Origin: Gammaproteobacteria bacterium
GTDB taxonomy: Bacteria; Pseudomonadota; Gammaproteobacteria; Pseudomonadales; Pseudohongiellaceae
Reading direction: 5' to 3'
Assembly: GCA_030831125.1 (NCBI GenBank)
Contig: JAURLQ010000024.1
Coordinates: 13,280 to 77,279 of the forward strand
Length of the DNA stretch: 64,000 nucleotides
Both the position numbers and the translations under genes were made by a program. This document shows, one piece after another, positions 18,272 through 27,389 of the stretch; positions within the stretch are counted from its first letter, which is position 1, and each line of letters begins with the position of its first letter. Under the pieces are notes generated by a model. It worked only from the letters and a program-made list of their open reading frames with translations, was not told the origin of the DNA and did no database searches.

Positions 18272-19699
18272 ATGAAGCTTGATATACCCAGATTTGATAA
18301 AAGTCGCATCCTTGTTGTAGGGGATGTGATGCTGGACCGTTACTGGCATGGAGGAACTTCCCGTATATCGCCGGAAGCGCCAGTTGCCGTTGTTAGGGTC
18401 CAGAATACCAAGGACAGTCCTGGTGGTGCAGGTAACGTTGCGCTCAACATTGCGGCGCTGGGCGCGGCTGCTTCTCTGGTAGGAATTGTCGGCGACGATG
18501 TGCCCGGCAAGGAACTGGAAACCAGTCTCAATGCTGCAGGAGTCTTCTGCAATTTCCACAGGACAACTGACAAGCCCACCATTACCAAATTAAGGGTGAT
18601 CAGCAGGCATCAACAACTGATCAGGCTTGATTTTGAAGAAGCCTTTGATGAGGCTGATGCCAGTCACCTCTCTGCAAGAGTCGGCGAGCTTCTGGACAGT
18701 GTGGATGTCATGATCCTGTCGGATTACAACAAGGGTGCACTGCTTCGGGTCCAGGATCTGGTTGGTCTGGCGCGCAAGGCGTCCGTACCGGTCATGATTG
18801 ATCCCAAGGGTGAGGATTTCAGCATCTATCGTGGAGCAGCCCTGCTAAAGCCCAATCTCCATGAGTTCGAAACTATCGTGGGTCCATGCAGCAGCGAGCA
18901 GGAGCTTGTCACCAAGGGGCAGCAGATGCTGCGTGATCTTGAGTTGGGTGCCTTGCTCATCACCCGGGGTGAAAATGGCATGACCCTGATACGTGAAGAT
19001 GGATCGGAACAGCATTTTCCTGCAAGAGCGCGGGATGTTTTCGATGTTACAGGTGCCGGTGATACGGTTATTGCTGTTGTGGCTGCTTCTGTTGCAGCAG
19101 GCCACTCGCTTTCCGAAGCTGTGGCACTGGCCAATATTGCGGCAGGACTGGTGGTTGCCAAATTGGGTACTGCTGCCATCAGTGGCCCGGAATTGCGACG
19201 GGAAGTGCAGAGGGACGGCGGTTCAGACCGCGGCGTCATGACCCGCCAACAGTTGCTGCTGGCAGTTGCCGATGCGCGTGCGCATGGCGAAAAGATCGTT
19301 TTCACCAATGGCTGTTTCGACATCATCCATGCCGGCCATGTGGGCTATCTCAAGGAAGCCAAGCGTCAGGGTGACAGACTCATTGTTGCAATCAATGATG
19401 ATCAGTCGGTTACACGCCTGAAGGGCAAGGGAAGGCCGATCAATCCGGTTGATCGTCGTATGGCGGTGGTTTCCGGGCTCGAATCTGTTGACTGGGTAGT
19501 GTCATTCACCGAAGACACACCGGAAACACTGTTGCAGGAGATCAAGCCTGATCTGCTCATCAAGGGAGGGGACTACGGGATCAACGAAGTTGTTGGTTCT
19601 TCTTTTGTTGAGTCCTACGGCGGCAGGGTAAAAGTGCTGGCATTTCTGGACAACTGTTCCACTTCCGCAATCGTTTCCAAAATACAGGACGATCTCTGA
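18272..19699 (+). CDS. hldE: Bifunctional D-beta-D-heptose 7-phosphate kinase / heptose 1-phosphate adenylyltransferase
   Basis: 'ILVVGDVMLDRYWHG' (ribokinase-like domain) and 'FTNGCFDIIHAGHVGYL' (cytidylyltransferase domain). The start is chosen by analogy to the E. coli HldE N-terminus. Confidence 0.9.
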   Translation: MKLDIPRFDKSRILVVGDVMLDRYWHGGTSRISPEAPVAVVRVQNTKDSPGGAGNVALNIAALGAAASLVGIVGDDVPGKELETSLNAAGVFCNFHRTTDKPTITKLRVISRHQQLIRLDFEEAFDEADASHLSARVGELLDSVDVMILSDYNKGALLRVQDLVGLARKASVPVMIDPKGEDFSIYRGAALLKPNLHEFETIVGPCSSEQELVTKGQQMLRDLELGALLITRGENGMTLIREDGSEQHFPARARDVFDVTGAGDTVIAVVAASVAAGHSLSEAVALANIAAGLVVAKLGTAAISGPELRREVQRDGGSDRGVMTRQQLLLAVADARAHGEKIVFTNGCFDIIHAGHVGYLKEAKRQGDRLIVAINDDQSVTRLKGKGRPINPVDRRMAVVSGLESVDWVVSFTEDTPETLLQEIKPDLLIKGGDYGINEVVGSSFVESYGGRVKVLAFLDNCSTSAIVSKIQDDL

Positions 19700-19710
19700 A
19701 TTTTCCTCAA

Positions 19711-20490
19711 TCAGGAAAGTGCTTTTTTGGCCTTTGCCACATTGTCCTGCAGATGTGACAGGTTGATCGTGCCGACGATCATGCTGTGAATACCCGGTTC
19801 ACGGAACGCGAGGTTCATGCTTTCCTGGACCAGATCCCTTGATGGGTCATGGATGTGACCGCTGAGCAGGCCTTTCTTGACCAGAATACCCTTGCCGAGT
19901 TTTCTGGCCAGTGCAACTGTTCCGGTGTCCTGTTGCTGCAAATTCCAGGTGATCATGGCTATATCCAGCGCCTCAAGTGCAGCCATGCCGCCGGCATCGG
20001 ATTTCACCGACATCCCGATGGCACGAATCAGCCCCTCTTCCCTGCAACGCTTCAACATGTCTACACATTCTCCATGATGCAGGATTGCCTCGTCATTGCC
20101 GTCAGAATGGACAAGCACGATATCAAGATAGTCTGTACGCAGGCGTTTCAGGCTTCGTTCTATGCTTTTCCGTGTATGGCTGGCACTGAAATCGAAACTG
20201 GAAATGCTGTTTTCGAATTCTTCGCCCACCTTGGTTGCCACTATCCAGTCCTTGCGGTTGTGCAGGAGTTTGCCGATGCGTTCCTCGCTGGTGCCATAAG
20301 CCGGAGCAGTATCGATTAGATTGATACCAAGCTCTTTGGCACAGGAGAGTAGCCGGGTAATTTCACTGTCGCCAGGCAGATCAAAGCTGTCTGGATATTT
20401 CACAGATGAATTTCGCCCGAACTTGACCGTACCAAGACCCAGTGCAGAAACTTCCAGCGCTGTGCTGCCCAATTTGCGTACAAAGCTCAT
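19711..20490 (-). CDS. Aldo/keto reductase family oxidoreductase
   Basis: 259 aa with 'LGLGTVKFGRN' and 'INLIDTAPAYGTSEERIG', typical AKR blocks. The ATG overlaps the upstream gene's stop. Confidence 0.8.
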   Translation of the reverse strand: MSFVRKLGSTALEVSALGLGTVKFGRNSSVKYPDSFDLPGDSEITRLLSCAKELGINLIDTAPAYGTSEERIGKLLHNRKDWIVATKVGEEFENSISSFDFSASHTRKSIERSLKRLRTDYLDIVLVHSDGNDEAILHHGECVDMLKRCREEGLIRAIGMSVKSDAGGMAALEALDIAMITWNLQQQDTGTVALARKLGKGILVKKGLLSGHIHDPSRDLVQESMNLAFREPGIHSMIVGTINLSHLQDNVAKAKKALS

Positions 20491-21665
20491 GGAAACTCCC
20501 AGGGTGGTGTCGCTATGCCCGGGAAAGGTAAATCTCTGAGAGGCTGCCCGACCAGGCCCTGCGGTTTGATGCCTTCTTTGTGTAGTTGCATCAGCACACG
20601 ATTGGCCAGGTTGGGTGCCAGTGTCAATTTCGTTGGCCAGCAGTAGTAGATGCCATTTTCAGATTCAATACTGCAGTTGTCTGGTCGTTTCCCACCCGGT
20701 TGCAGGGCTTCAGCCCGGTCAATAAAGAAACTGTGCCATTGCGCATTGTTGAAATCGCACCAGGGAAACAGGTTTGAAAGTTTTGCGCGGGCGGCTGCCA
20801 ACTGTGCAGCCTGGTCAAGCAAGGCACCTGTTTCGGCAAGTTCTCCGCCCAGATACCAGGCTGTGCTGCCATCGCTGCAGGGATGAGAGGTAATGGTCAG
20901 TTCCGGAGTGGCAGTCAGCTGATCTGAAACGCAATGCACGTAGAGGGGGGCGCTGTAATTGTGTTTAACGATCACCATTTGCAGGGGGCGTCTCTGCATG
21001 GAGACTGAACGGCTTCCCAGTCTGGACAGTAATGCTTCGTTGCCAGCGCCTGCCGTGCAGACAAGACGTTTCGATTCAATTTGCAGGTCAGCTGAAATGC
21101 TGGTTGTGACTTTGTCGGCGGAGACAGTGAAATCGAGTTGCCGCTTGTCCACCTGGTGGATCCAGTCCCGGCAATTGCCGCTCAGATTGGCAAGAAGTGA
21201 AGGCACATCCAGCACAATGTCATGCAGCCGGTACAAAGGGCCTTTGATGTTGCCCTTGAAGAAATCAGGCCACTGCCCGGGTGCAACATTGGTGGCTTTG
21301 CCGCGAACGGCTTTGGATCCTAGAAAGGCATTGAAGCGCGAGCGCATACTGTCACGCGGCCATAAATAGTAGGCATCCGACAGTAAACCGGTTTGTCTCA
21401 GGTCTACATCCCCTACGCCTGCCAGACATTTCTTCCAATGGGCAGGCATGTCAGCAATGCTCTCGGATGCGCCGGTAAGTGTGCCACCCAGTGCATATTT
21501 CAGTCCTCCATGAATCATACCCTGTGAGGCGATGGACTGGCCGCTGCCCAGTTTTTCACTTTCCAGGAGAATTGCACTGTAGCCTTCATTACGCAGGCGA
21601 TTGAGCAGCCACAATCCGGCTATACCACCACCGATAATGACCAGGTCATTTTGAACAACAGTCAT
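20487..21665 (-). CDS. FAD-dependent oxidoreductase (DAO/GlpD-like superfamily)
   Basis: N-terminal Rossmann fold 'DLVIIGGGIAGLWLL' (GxGxxG). ATG 21665 is preferred over the upstream track start. Confidence 0.75.
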   Translation of the reverse strand: MTVVQNDLVIIGGGIAGLWLLNRLRNEGYSAILLESEKLGSGQSIASQGMIHGGLKYALGGTLTGASESIADMPAHWKKCLAGVGDVDLRQTGLLSDAYYLWPRDSMRSRFNAFLGSKAVRGKATNVAPGQWPDFFKGNIKGPLYRLHDIVLDVPSLLANLSGNCRDWIHQVDKRQLDFTVSADKVTTSISADLQIESKRLVCTAGAGNEALLSRLGSRSVSMQRRPLQMVIVKHNYSAPLYVHCVSDQLTATPELTITSHPCSDGSTAWYLGGELAETGALLDQAAQLAAARAKLSNLFPWCDFNNAQWHSFFIDRAEALQPGGKRPDNCSIESENGIYYCWPTKLTLAPNLANRVLMQLHKEGIKPQGLVGQPLRDLPFPGIATPPWEFP

Positions 21666-21812
21666 ACTATTTTTCGAGCATAATGGAAATCCCGGTAAAC
21701 CCCGGCATGAGGCTGACCAGTAGTTGCCCAAGTATAGCCCGGTTGCCGGGCAGAGACATTAGCGGGACAATTCTGCTGATTTTGGGGTTGCCGGAATTTC
21801 GAGGAGTATTGT

Positions 21813-23084
21813 TTGCGCTGGTGCTATACATTTGCTGGTTATCTGCTTTTGCCTCTGCTATTTCTGAGGTTGATGTGGCGTTCTTTGCGGATCCCGGCAT
21901 ATAGACACAGATGGGCGGAAAGACTGGGTCACTACAATGCCTCCATGCAACCTGCCAGGTCTTGTGTTGTGTTTCATGCTGTTTCAGTTGGTGAGGTTCA
22001 TGCTGCACAGCCTCTCATTGAGGCTTTCATGCAGGCCAGGCCTGAAATTTCCATCGTACTTACTACTACAACGCCAACCGGATCTGAAAGGGTGCAGGCT
22101 CTTTTTGGCGACAGGGTTAAACACGTTTATCTTCCCTGGGACCTGCCGGGTCCAGTCAGCAGGTTCCTGACCTTTTTCAACCCGAAAATGCTGGTGTTGA
22201 TGGAAACAGAGCTTTGGCCGAACCTGCTGGCCGGCTGTATCCGCAATGGCTGCCCATGCTATCTGATTAACGCCAGACTTTCTGAAAAATCCCTTCGGGG
22301 TTATCTGAAAATCAGGACAATGGCCGGATCCATGCTCAAAGCAGTCAATGCCATTGCGGCACAGTCACAGGCTGATGCCAAACGGTTCGTAGCACTTGGC
22401 TATCCTGAATCCGCTGTGCTTGTCACCGGTTCCCTCAAGTTTGATGTGCGCATGGATCAGGAGAAAATCTTGCATGGCAAGGCATTGAAGTCTGCCATTG
22501 GCAGCAGACCCGTATGGATTGCTGCCAGTACCAGGGAAGGAGAAGACCAAAAAGTACTGCAAGCTCATGCACTGGCTCGCAGGCAAGTGCCGGACTTGTT
22601 ACTGGTGCTGGTCCCCCGGCATCCGGAACGATTTACGCTGGCAGCGCATCTGTCTGAAGAGGCTGGATTTGCAACGCAAAGATATTCACAAGGCAGAGAG
22701 CTTGCCGCCACCACCAGCGTACTGGTTGGCGATACCATGGGAGATCTGGTTTTGTATTATGCGCTTGCCGATATTGCCTTCGTGGGCGGCTCTCTGGTGA
22801 ACACCGGATGCCAGAATGTCATTGAAGCGGCTGCCATGGGCCTGCCGGTACTGGCCGGACCCTCCAGATTCAATTTCCAGGCTGTCAGTGACGAAATGCT
22901 GAAGGCAGGTGCATTGGTGGAAGTGGAAAATGAAGAGGCGCTGGCGAGAGTAGTGCAGCATATGGTTGCGGATGAATCCTTTCGCAAGGCTGCTGGCACT
23001 GCAGCCCTGGCCCACGCGGTCTCAAACCAGGGAGCAACCCTGAAAGTATGCTCCCTGCTGTTGGATAAAATTCCTACTCACTGA
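21813..23084 (+). CDS. waaA: 3-deoxy-D-manno-octulosonic acid (Kdo) transferase
   Basis: N-terminal anchor plus 'PAYRHRWAERLGHY', matching E. coli 'PAYRKRWGERYGFY'. GT30 blocks 'VWIAASTREGED' and 'AFVGGSLV'. TTG start with GAGGAG 7 nt upstream. Confidence 0.9.
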   Translation: MRWCYTFAGYLLLPLLFLRLMWRSLRIPAYRHRWAERLGHYNASMQPARSCVVFHAVSVGEVHAAQPLIEAFMQARPEISIVLTTTTPTGSERVQALFGDRVKHVYLPWDLPGPVSRFLTFFNPKMLVLMETELWPNLLAGCIRNGCPCYLINARLSEKSLRGYLKIRTMAGSMLKAVNAIAAQSQADAKRFVALGYPESAVLVTGSLKFDVRMDQEKILHGKALKSAIGSRPVWIAASTREGEDQKVLQAHALARRQVPDLLLVLVPRHPERFTLAAHLSEEAGFATQRYSQGRELAATTSVLVGDTMGDLVLYYALADIAFVGGSLVNTGCQNVIEAAAMGLPVLAGPSRFNFQAVSDEMLKAGALVEVENEEALARVVQHMVADESFRKAAGTAALAHAVSNQGATLKVCSLLLDKIPTH

Positions 23085-24447
23085 GCCATTCGTTGAGATC
23101 GATAACATCCTGTGGGCTGAGTGTGCCGGATGCCAGCTTGAGATTAAGGGTGTTCATTACAAAGTTGATTCGGGCATTGGCATAGTCCCGCTGGGTCTGG
23201 AACAGGGTGCGTTGGGCAAGCACTACGTCAACCACGTTCCTTGTGCCGACTTCAGCGCCCACCTGGGTTGCTTCCAGTGCGCTCTGAGCAGAAACGATGG
23301 CCTGTCTGCGTGCTGCAACAGCACGTACATCTGTTGCGACACTCCTGAAGGCATTGCGCACACTCTGGGTACTGTCGCGCTGAGACTTGAGCAGGGCTTC
23401 CTCACTGGCATCGCGGGTGTAATAAGCCTGGCGCAGTCGGGCATTGTTCAGACCCCCTGCAAAAATCGGTACTGAGAGATTCAGGGTTATCTGGGTATTT
23501 TCAGATGCCAGGTTAGGGGTAAAGCTCAGCGGGTTACCCGATTCGTTCCAGTTGTAACTGAGGCTCATATCGACAGTGGGATACATGCGCGCTTTGGCAG
23601 ATCTCGCATCTTCCTGTTTGGCGGCAAGATCATATTCTGCAGCCTTGATCTGAAGGTTGCTGTCCATGGCTACTGAAATCCAGTCTTCAATAGGCGTGTC
23701 GCTTGGCTCAATCGGAAATGCTTCATCCAGCGGCGCCAGATCCATGTGGGATCGACCTGTGATTGCTTCCAGCGCTTCCAGCCGCTGGTTGAGATTGTTT
23801 TCCTCAACCAGTCTGTTCACCGTAGCAAGGTCGGCATTGGCCTGGCTGTCATACACATCGGTTATGGGTACAAGGCCGACTTCGAATCTCTGACGAGTCT
23901 GTTCAAGCACCTGTTGACTTGCTTCTTCTTCTGCAATGAATGAAGTGAGGTTTGCCTGGCTGCGCAATACATCAAAATAGGCGGTGGCTACCCGCATGAT
24001 AAGCTGGTGTTCTGCGTTGGCCAGATTGACAGCCGCAGCCTCATCACCCTGTTGTGCAGACCTGAATGCATACCAGGCTTCAAAATTGAGCAAGGCCTGG
24101 CGCAGGCTTACGCCATAACCCTTGGTGTTGAAACCATTGGCAAAACTGTGTTGTGGGGGTGAAAAAAATCCGCCCGGAGGTGCAGCACCGTCAACCCCAG
24201 TGGTATCGCGGGAGGTTCTGCCAGTCAGATTGACAGTTGGCAGCAGAAATGAGCGCCCCTGAGCCAGCATCGTGTGCTGGGCATTATAATTTGCTCTTGC
24301 CTGTCGGATGCTCGGGTCATTGTCCACAGCCAGATTGAAAATCTCCAAGAGGTCATCAGCCATACAGGTACTGGTTACAAGTACGCATGACAAGGCCGCC
24401 AGGGTTTTTTTTATGGAAAACAGCAGGTTGGATTTGGATATATGCAT
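23074..24447 (-). CDS. tolC: TolC-family outer-membrane efflux channel
   Basis: Signal peptide, then 'DLLEIFNLAVDNDPSIRQARANY', followed by two OEP repeats. ATG 24447 is preceded by GGGAG. It is convergent with waaA and overlaps it by 11 nt. Confidence 0.85.
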   Translation of the reverse strand: MHISKSNLLFSIKKTLAALSCVLVTSTCMADDLLEIFNLAVDNDPSIRQARANYNAQHTMLAQGRSFLLPTVNLTGRTSRDTTGVDGAAPPGGFFSPPQHSFANGFNTKGYGVSLRQALLNFEAWYAFRSAQQGDEAAAVNLANAEHQLIMRVATAYFDVLRSQANLTSFIAEEEASQQVLEQTRQRFEVGLVPITDVYDSQANADLATVNRLVEENNLNQRLEALEAITGRSHMDLAPLDEAFPIEPSDTPIEDWISVAMDSNLQIKAAEYDLAAKQEDARSAKARMYPTVDMSLSYNWNESGNPLSFTPNLASENTQITLNLSVPIFAGGLNNARLRQAYYTRDASEEALLKSQRDSTQSVRNAFRSVATDVRAVAARRQAIVSAQSALEATQVGAEVGTRNVVDVVLAQRTLFQTQRDYANARINFVMNTLNLKLASGTLSPQDVIDLNEWLSE

Positions 24448-24720
24448 CGATCGCTCCCGGGGGGTCAAGGCTTCCGCAATATGACTGACTGGTCAGTCAG
24501 TTTAAATTCTCTTCAAACAATGTCAAGCATTGCACAGGCTCCATACATGAACCGATTGTCATGAAACATGCAAAGGCTACGCTGAACAGGGTGTAGACCG
24601 GATTCGGCTGGATTGTTGGCAATGCCCTGGAAATTGCAGTGAATATGGGCAAAAAAGCGCCTTGCATTGTAGCAGACAAACAGGGATTCTGCTGGTACAG
24701 CTGTACAAGAGGGTAACAGG

Positions 24721-25356
24721 ATGAAGGGGGTGTTCGAGCCCGAATATTCACACCGGGATGTAGAAGTGCTGCGGCGTGAAATTGTATATGACGGATTTCT
24801 GGTAATTGAAAAATTCAGGCTCAGATGCAGACTCTTTGAAGGCGGGTGGAGCAAGGAGTTCTACAGAGAGGTACTCCATCGTGAACAGGGTGTCGGAGTC
24901 TTGTTATACGACCCGCATTTGGATAAGGTGCTGCTCGTTGAGCAGTTCAGAATTGGCTGTCTGACGGACAGTAAAAATGGTCCGTGGGCACTTGAACTTG
25001 TTGCAGGTTTGCTTGAGCCGGATGAAACGCCTGAATCGGTTGCAAAAAGAGAGGCCGAGGAAGAGGCCGGGGTTGAAATAGCCAGACTTTTGCCTGTCTG
25101 TGAATATTACAACAGTCCCGGTGGCAGCTCTGAAAAGCTCAGTATTTTCTGTGCAGGATTCAATGCCGAAAATGCCGGTGGCATATTTGGTGTTGAGAGT
25201 GAGTCGGAAAATATCCGTACTATAATTCTTGGTCGCCAGGACGCGTTGGAAGCAGTAAGCTGTGGAAGAATAAACAACGCAATGAGCATCATTGCCCTGC
25301 AATGGCTGCAACTGAATTTACAGCAGGTCAGGGGAGAATTGGAAATCAGTCGGTGA
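24721..25356 (+). CDS. nudF: ADP-ribose pyrophosphatase (Nudix)
   Basis: Nudix box 'GLLEPDETPESVAKREAEEEAGV'. Its position next to tolC and upstream of yqiB-cpdA matches enterobacteria and pseudomonads. Confidence 0.8.
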   Translation: MKGVFEPEYSHRDVEVLRREIVYDGFLVIEKFRLRCRLFEGGWSKEFYREVLHREQGVGVLLYDPHLDKVLLVEQFRIGCLTDSKNGPWALELVAGLLEPDETPESVAKREAEEEAGVEIARLLPVCEYYNSPGGSSEKLSIFCAGFNAENAGGIFGVESESENIRTIILGRQDALEAVSCGRINNAMSIIALQWLQLNLQQVRGELEISR

Positions 25357-25422
25357 GAGGCTGTTTTTACACTTCACCAGTACTTACAATCCGTACAGAG
25401 TAGTTCCAGACAGACAAATCTC

Positions 25423-25920
25423 ATGCAGAGTCGGCGTTACCCCATAGATCTGAGAGCCCGGATGGCGGTGTGTGATGCCAATTACATCAGAATTCTCAAA
25501 TTGTTCCCGGCGTGGCAGGCAAATGCTCACAGGGTTTTCGCGCTGGCGCTTTCAGAAGACAACAGCCAGACACTGGTTTATCTGAAAATAATTGAGCAAT
25601 TTCGCTATACCTCCACTTTGATGCTGACCTTTTCGGACAATGGTCAGAATAGTCCCTGGTTTTCCCCGCCTTGTATGCAAGTGCGTCTTTACCATGATGC
25701 CTGCACCGCGGAAGTAACCAGTTACCAGGATGTTCCTGTCGCATCACTCGAAAGTCTCGCGTGCAGCAACCGCGCGTTCAGCACCAATGAAAAAGAAGAA
25801 GTGAACCTCTTTCTGGCCGAATGGCTCAGCCTGTGCCTGAATGAAGGGCTCGGCACGGATTTGCCTGGCACTGGCAGGGTAGAGAGCACTACTCATGTTC
25901 ATGCTGTCCAGGGAACCTGA
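25423..25920 (+). CDS. DUF1249 (YqiB-like) protein
   Basis: 165 aa. The call rests mainly on the conserved position between nudF and cpdA and on 'CDANYIRILKLFP' near the N-terminus. Confidence 0.55.
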   Translation: MQSRRYPIDLRARMAVCDANYIRILKLFPAWQANAHRVFALALSEDNSQTLVYLKIIEQFRYTSTLMLTFSDNGQNSPWFSPPCMQVRLYHDACTAEVTSYQDVPVASLESLACSNRAFSTNEKEEVNLFLAEWLSLCLNEGLGTDLPGTGRVESTTHVHAVQGT

Positions 25921-25922
25921 CC

Positions 25923-26732
25923 ATGGCTAACTCCGGCAAACTGGATTCGAGCAGATTGATACAGATAACAGACATGCATTTGTATGCTGATACCGATGAT
26001 GTGTTGGTTGGTATGAACTGTGAGGAAGGTTTGCAGGATGTTCTGGGGCTGATTCACAGCAAGGAGTCTGCTATTGCTGCAGTTCTGTGTACCGGAGATA
26101 TTTCCCAGGATAACAGTTCGACCAGTTACAAGCGCTTCGAGAAATGTATCGCTGATTTTGGTGCGCCGCAGTACTTGATACCAGGCAACCATGATGAACT
26201 TGACAGCATGAAAGCAGCGTTGGGCGCAGACAACCCGTGCTTTGTGCGTTCATTCAATGTGCCGGGCTGGAAAATCATAATGCTCGATAGCAGCGTCAAG
26301 GATCAGGTTCATGGGCTGCTGGCGGCCAGCGAGCTGAAGATGCTGGAACAGGAGCTGCAGCAAACTGGCGGGCTGAATGTCATGATTTGTCTGCATCACA
26401 ACCCGGTACCGGTAAATGCACACTGGCTGCAACAGCACGCGCTTAAAAATCCGGAAGCTTTTTTCGGAATAATTGAACGTTTCCCTGCGGTGAAACTTGT
26501 CCTTTTCGGGCATATTCACCAGGAGCTGGAAAAACAGGTAGGGGATGTCACTTGCCTGGCATCGCCATCCACCTGCATACAGTTTCACCCTGACAGTCAT
26601 GATTTCAGGTTGGATACGCTCAATCCGGGTTACAGGTGGCTCCAGTTATATGTGGATGGCAGGTTTGAATCAGGTGTGGAAAGGGTGCCCGGCAAGATCT
26701 ATGCAATTGATTTCACCGGTATCTGCTACTAA
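25923..26732 (+). CDS. cpdA: 3',5'-cyclic-AMP phosphodiesterase
   Basis: Calcineurin-like metallophosphoesterase motifs 'ITDMHL', 'TGDISQD', 'GNHD', 'LHHNP' and 'GHIH'. Confidence 0.85.
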   Translation: MANSGKLDSSRLIQITDMHLYADTDDVLVGMNCEEGLQDVLGLIHSKESAIAAVLCTGDISQDNSSTSYKRFEKCIADFGAPQYLIPGNHDELDSMKAALGADNPCFVRSFNVPGWKIIMLDSSVKDQVHGLLAASELKMLEQELQQTGGLNVMICLHHNPVPVNAHWLQQHALKNPEAFFGIIERFPAVKLVLFGHIHQELEKQVGDVTCLASPSTCIQFHPDSHDFRLDTLNPGYRWLQLYVDGRFESGVERVPGKIYAIDFTGICY

Positions 26733-26778
26733 TCCGGAGATTGCAACGTGAATTCGGCATGATATTCCTGCAGGTATT

Positions 26779-27381
26779 ATGAGAGCTGTACGCAAACGTG
26801 TAGTGTACCTTCATGGTTTCAACAGTTCCCCCCGGTCAGACAAGGCGCATCAGTTCATGGAGTGGTGCAGCAGGCGTCCAGAGCTAGATGTCCAGATTCC
26901 GGCCCTGTCCTGGAATCCTGAAGTGGCCATCCGACAACTCGAGAATCTGATTACACAGCAAATGCCTGTTGACCTGCTGGTTGGGAGTTCTCTTGGTGGT
27001 TACTACGCCACATGGCTCGTGGAGAACTTCGGCAGGAATAATTCAATGAGGGCAGCTCTGATCAATCCTGCAGTCTCTCCCTGCAGATATCTGGGAGAGA
27101 AATTTCTGGGCAGGCACAGGAATCCGTGGACAGATGAGGTATATGAAATTACACCGACGCATGCCAGCGTATTGGGAAGTATTGAGCCTGATGGTATCTC
27201 GGACCCATCCCGCTATTTGCTAATGGTGCAAACTGCTGATGAGGTACTGGATTATCGCCGGGCAACGGGATTCTATCGGGGTGCCAGGCAGATCCTACAA
27301 GAAGGCGGCAGCCACAGTTTTGAAAATTTCAGGAACATGATCCCGACTATCGTGGATTTTGCAGAAACAGCAACCAACTGA
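26779..27381 (+). CDS. yqiA: YqiA-like alpha/beta esterase
   Basis: 'VYLHGFNSSPRS' and the nucleophile elbow 'GSSLGG'. It sits immediately upstream of parE, as in E. coli. Confidence 0.75.
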   Translation: MRAVRKRVVYLHGFNSSPRSDKAHQFMEWCSRRPELDVQIPALSWNPEVAIRQLENLITQQMPVDLLVGSSLGGYYATWLVENFGRNNSMRAALINPAVSPCRYLGEKFLGRHRNPWTDEVYEITPTHASVLGSIEPDGISDPSRYLLMVQTADEVLDYRRATGFYRGARQILQEGGSHSFENFRNMIPTIVDFAETATN

Positions 27382-27389
27382 AGCAGTCT

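Noticed and set aside
19702-19728. A weak hairpin (TTTCCT-caatc-AGGAAA) followed by a T6 run between convergent hldE and the aldo/keto reductase gene. A similar weak hairpin lies at 40072-40096 between the kinase and the LqsR-like gene.
   Set aside because: The stems are only 6-8 bp, AU-rich or mismatched, and the T-run is offset. They may be bidirectional terminators, but the evidence is too weak to annotate.
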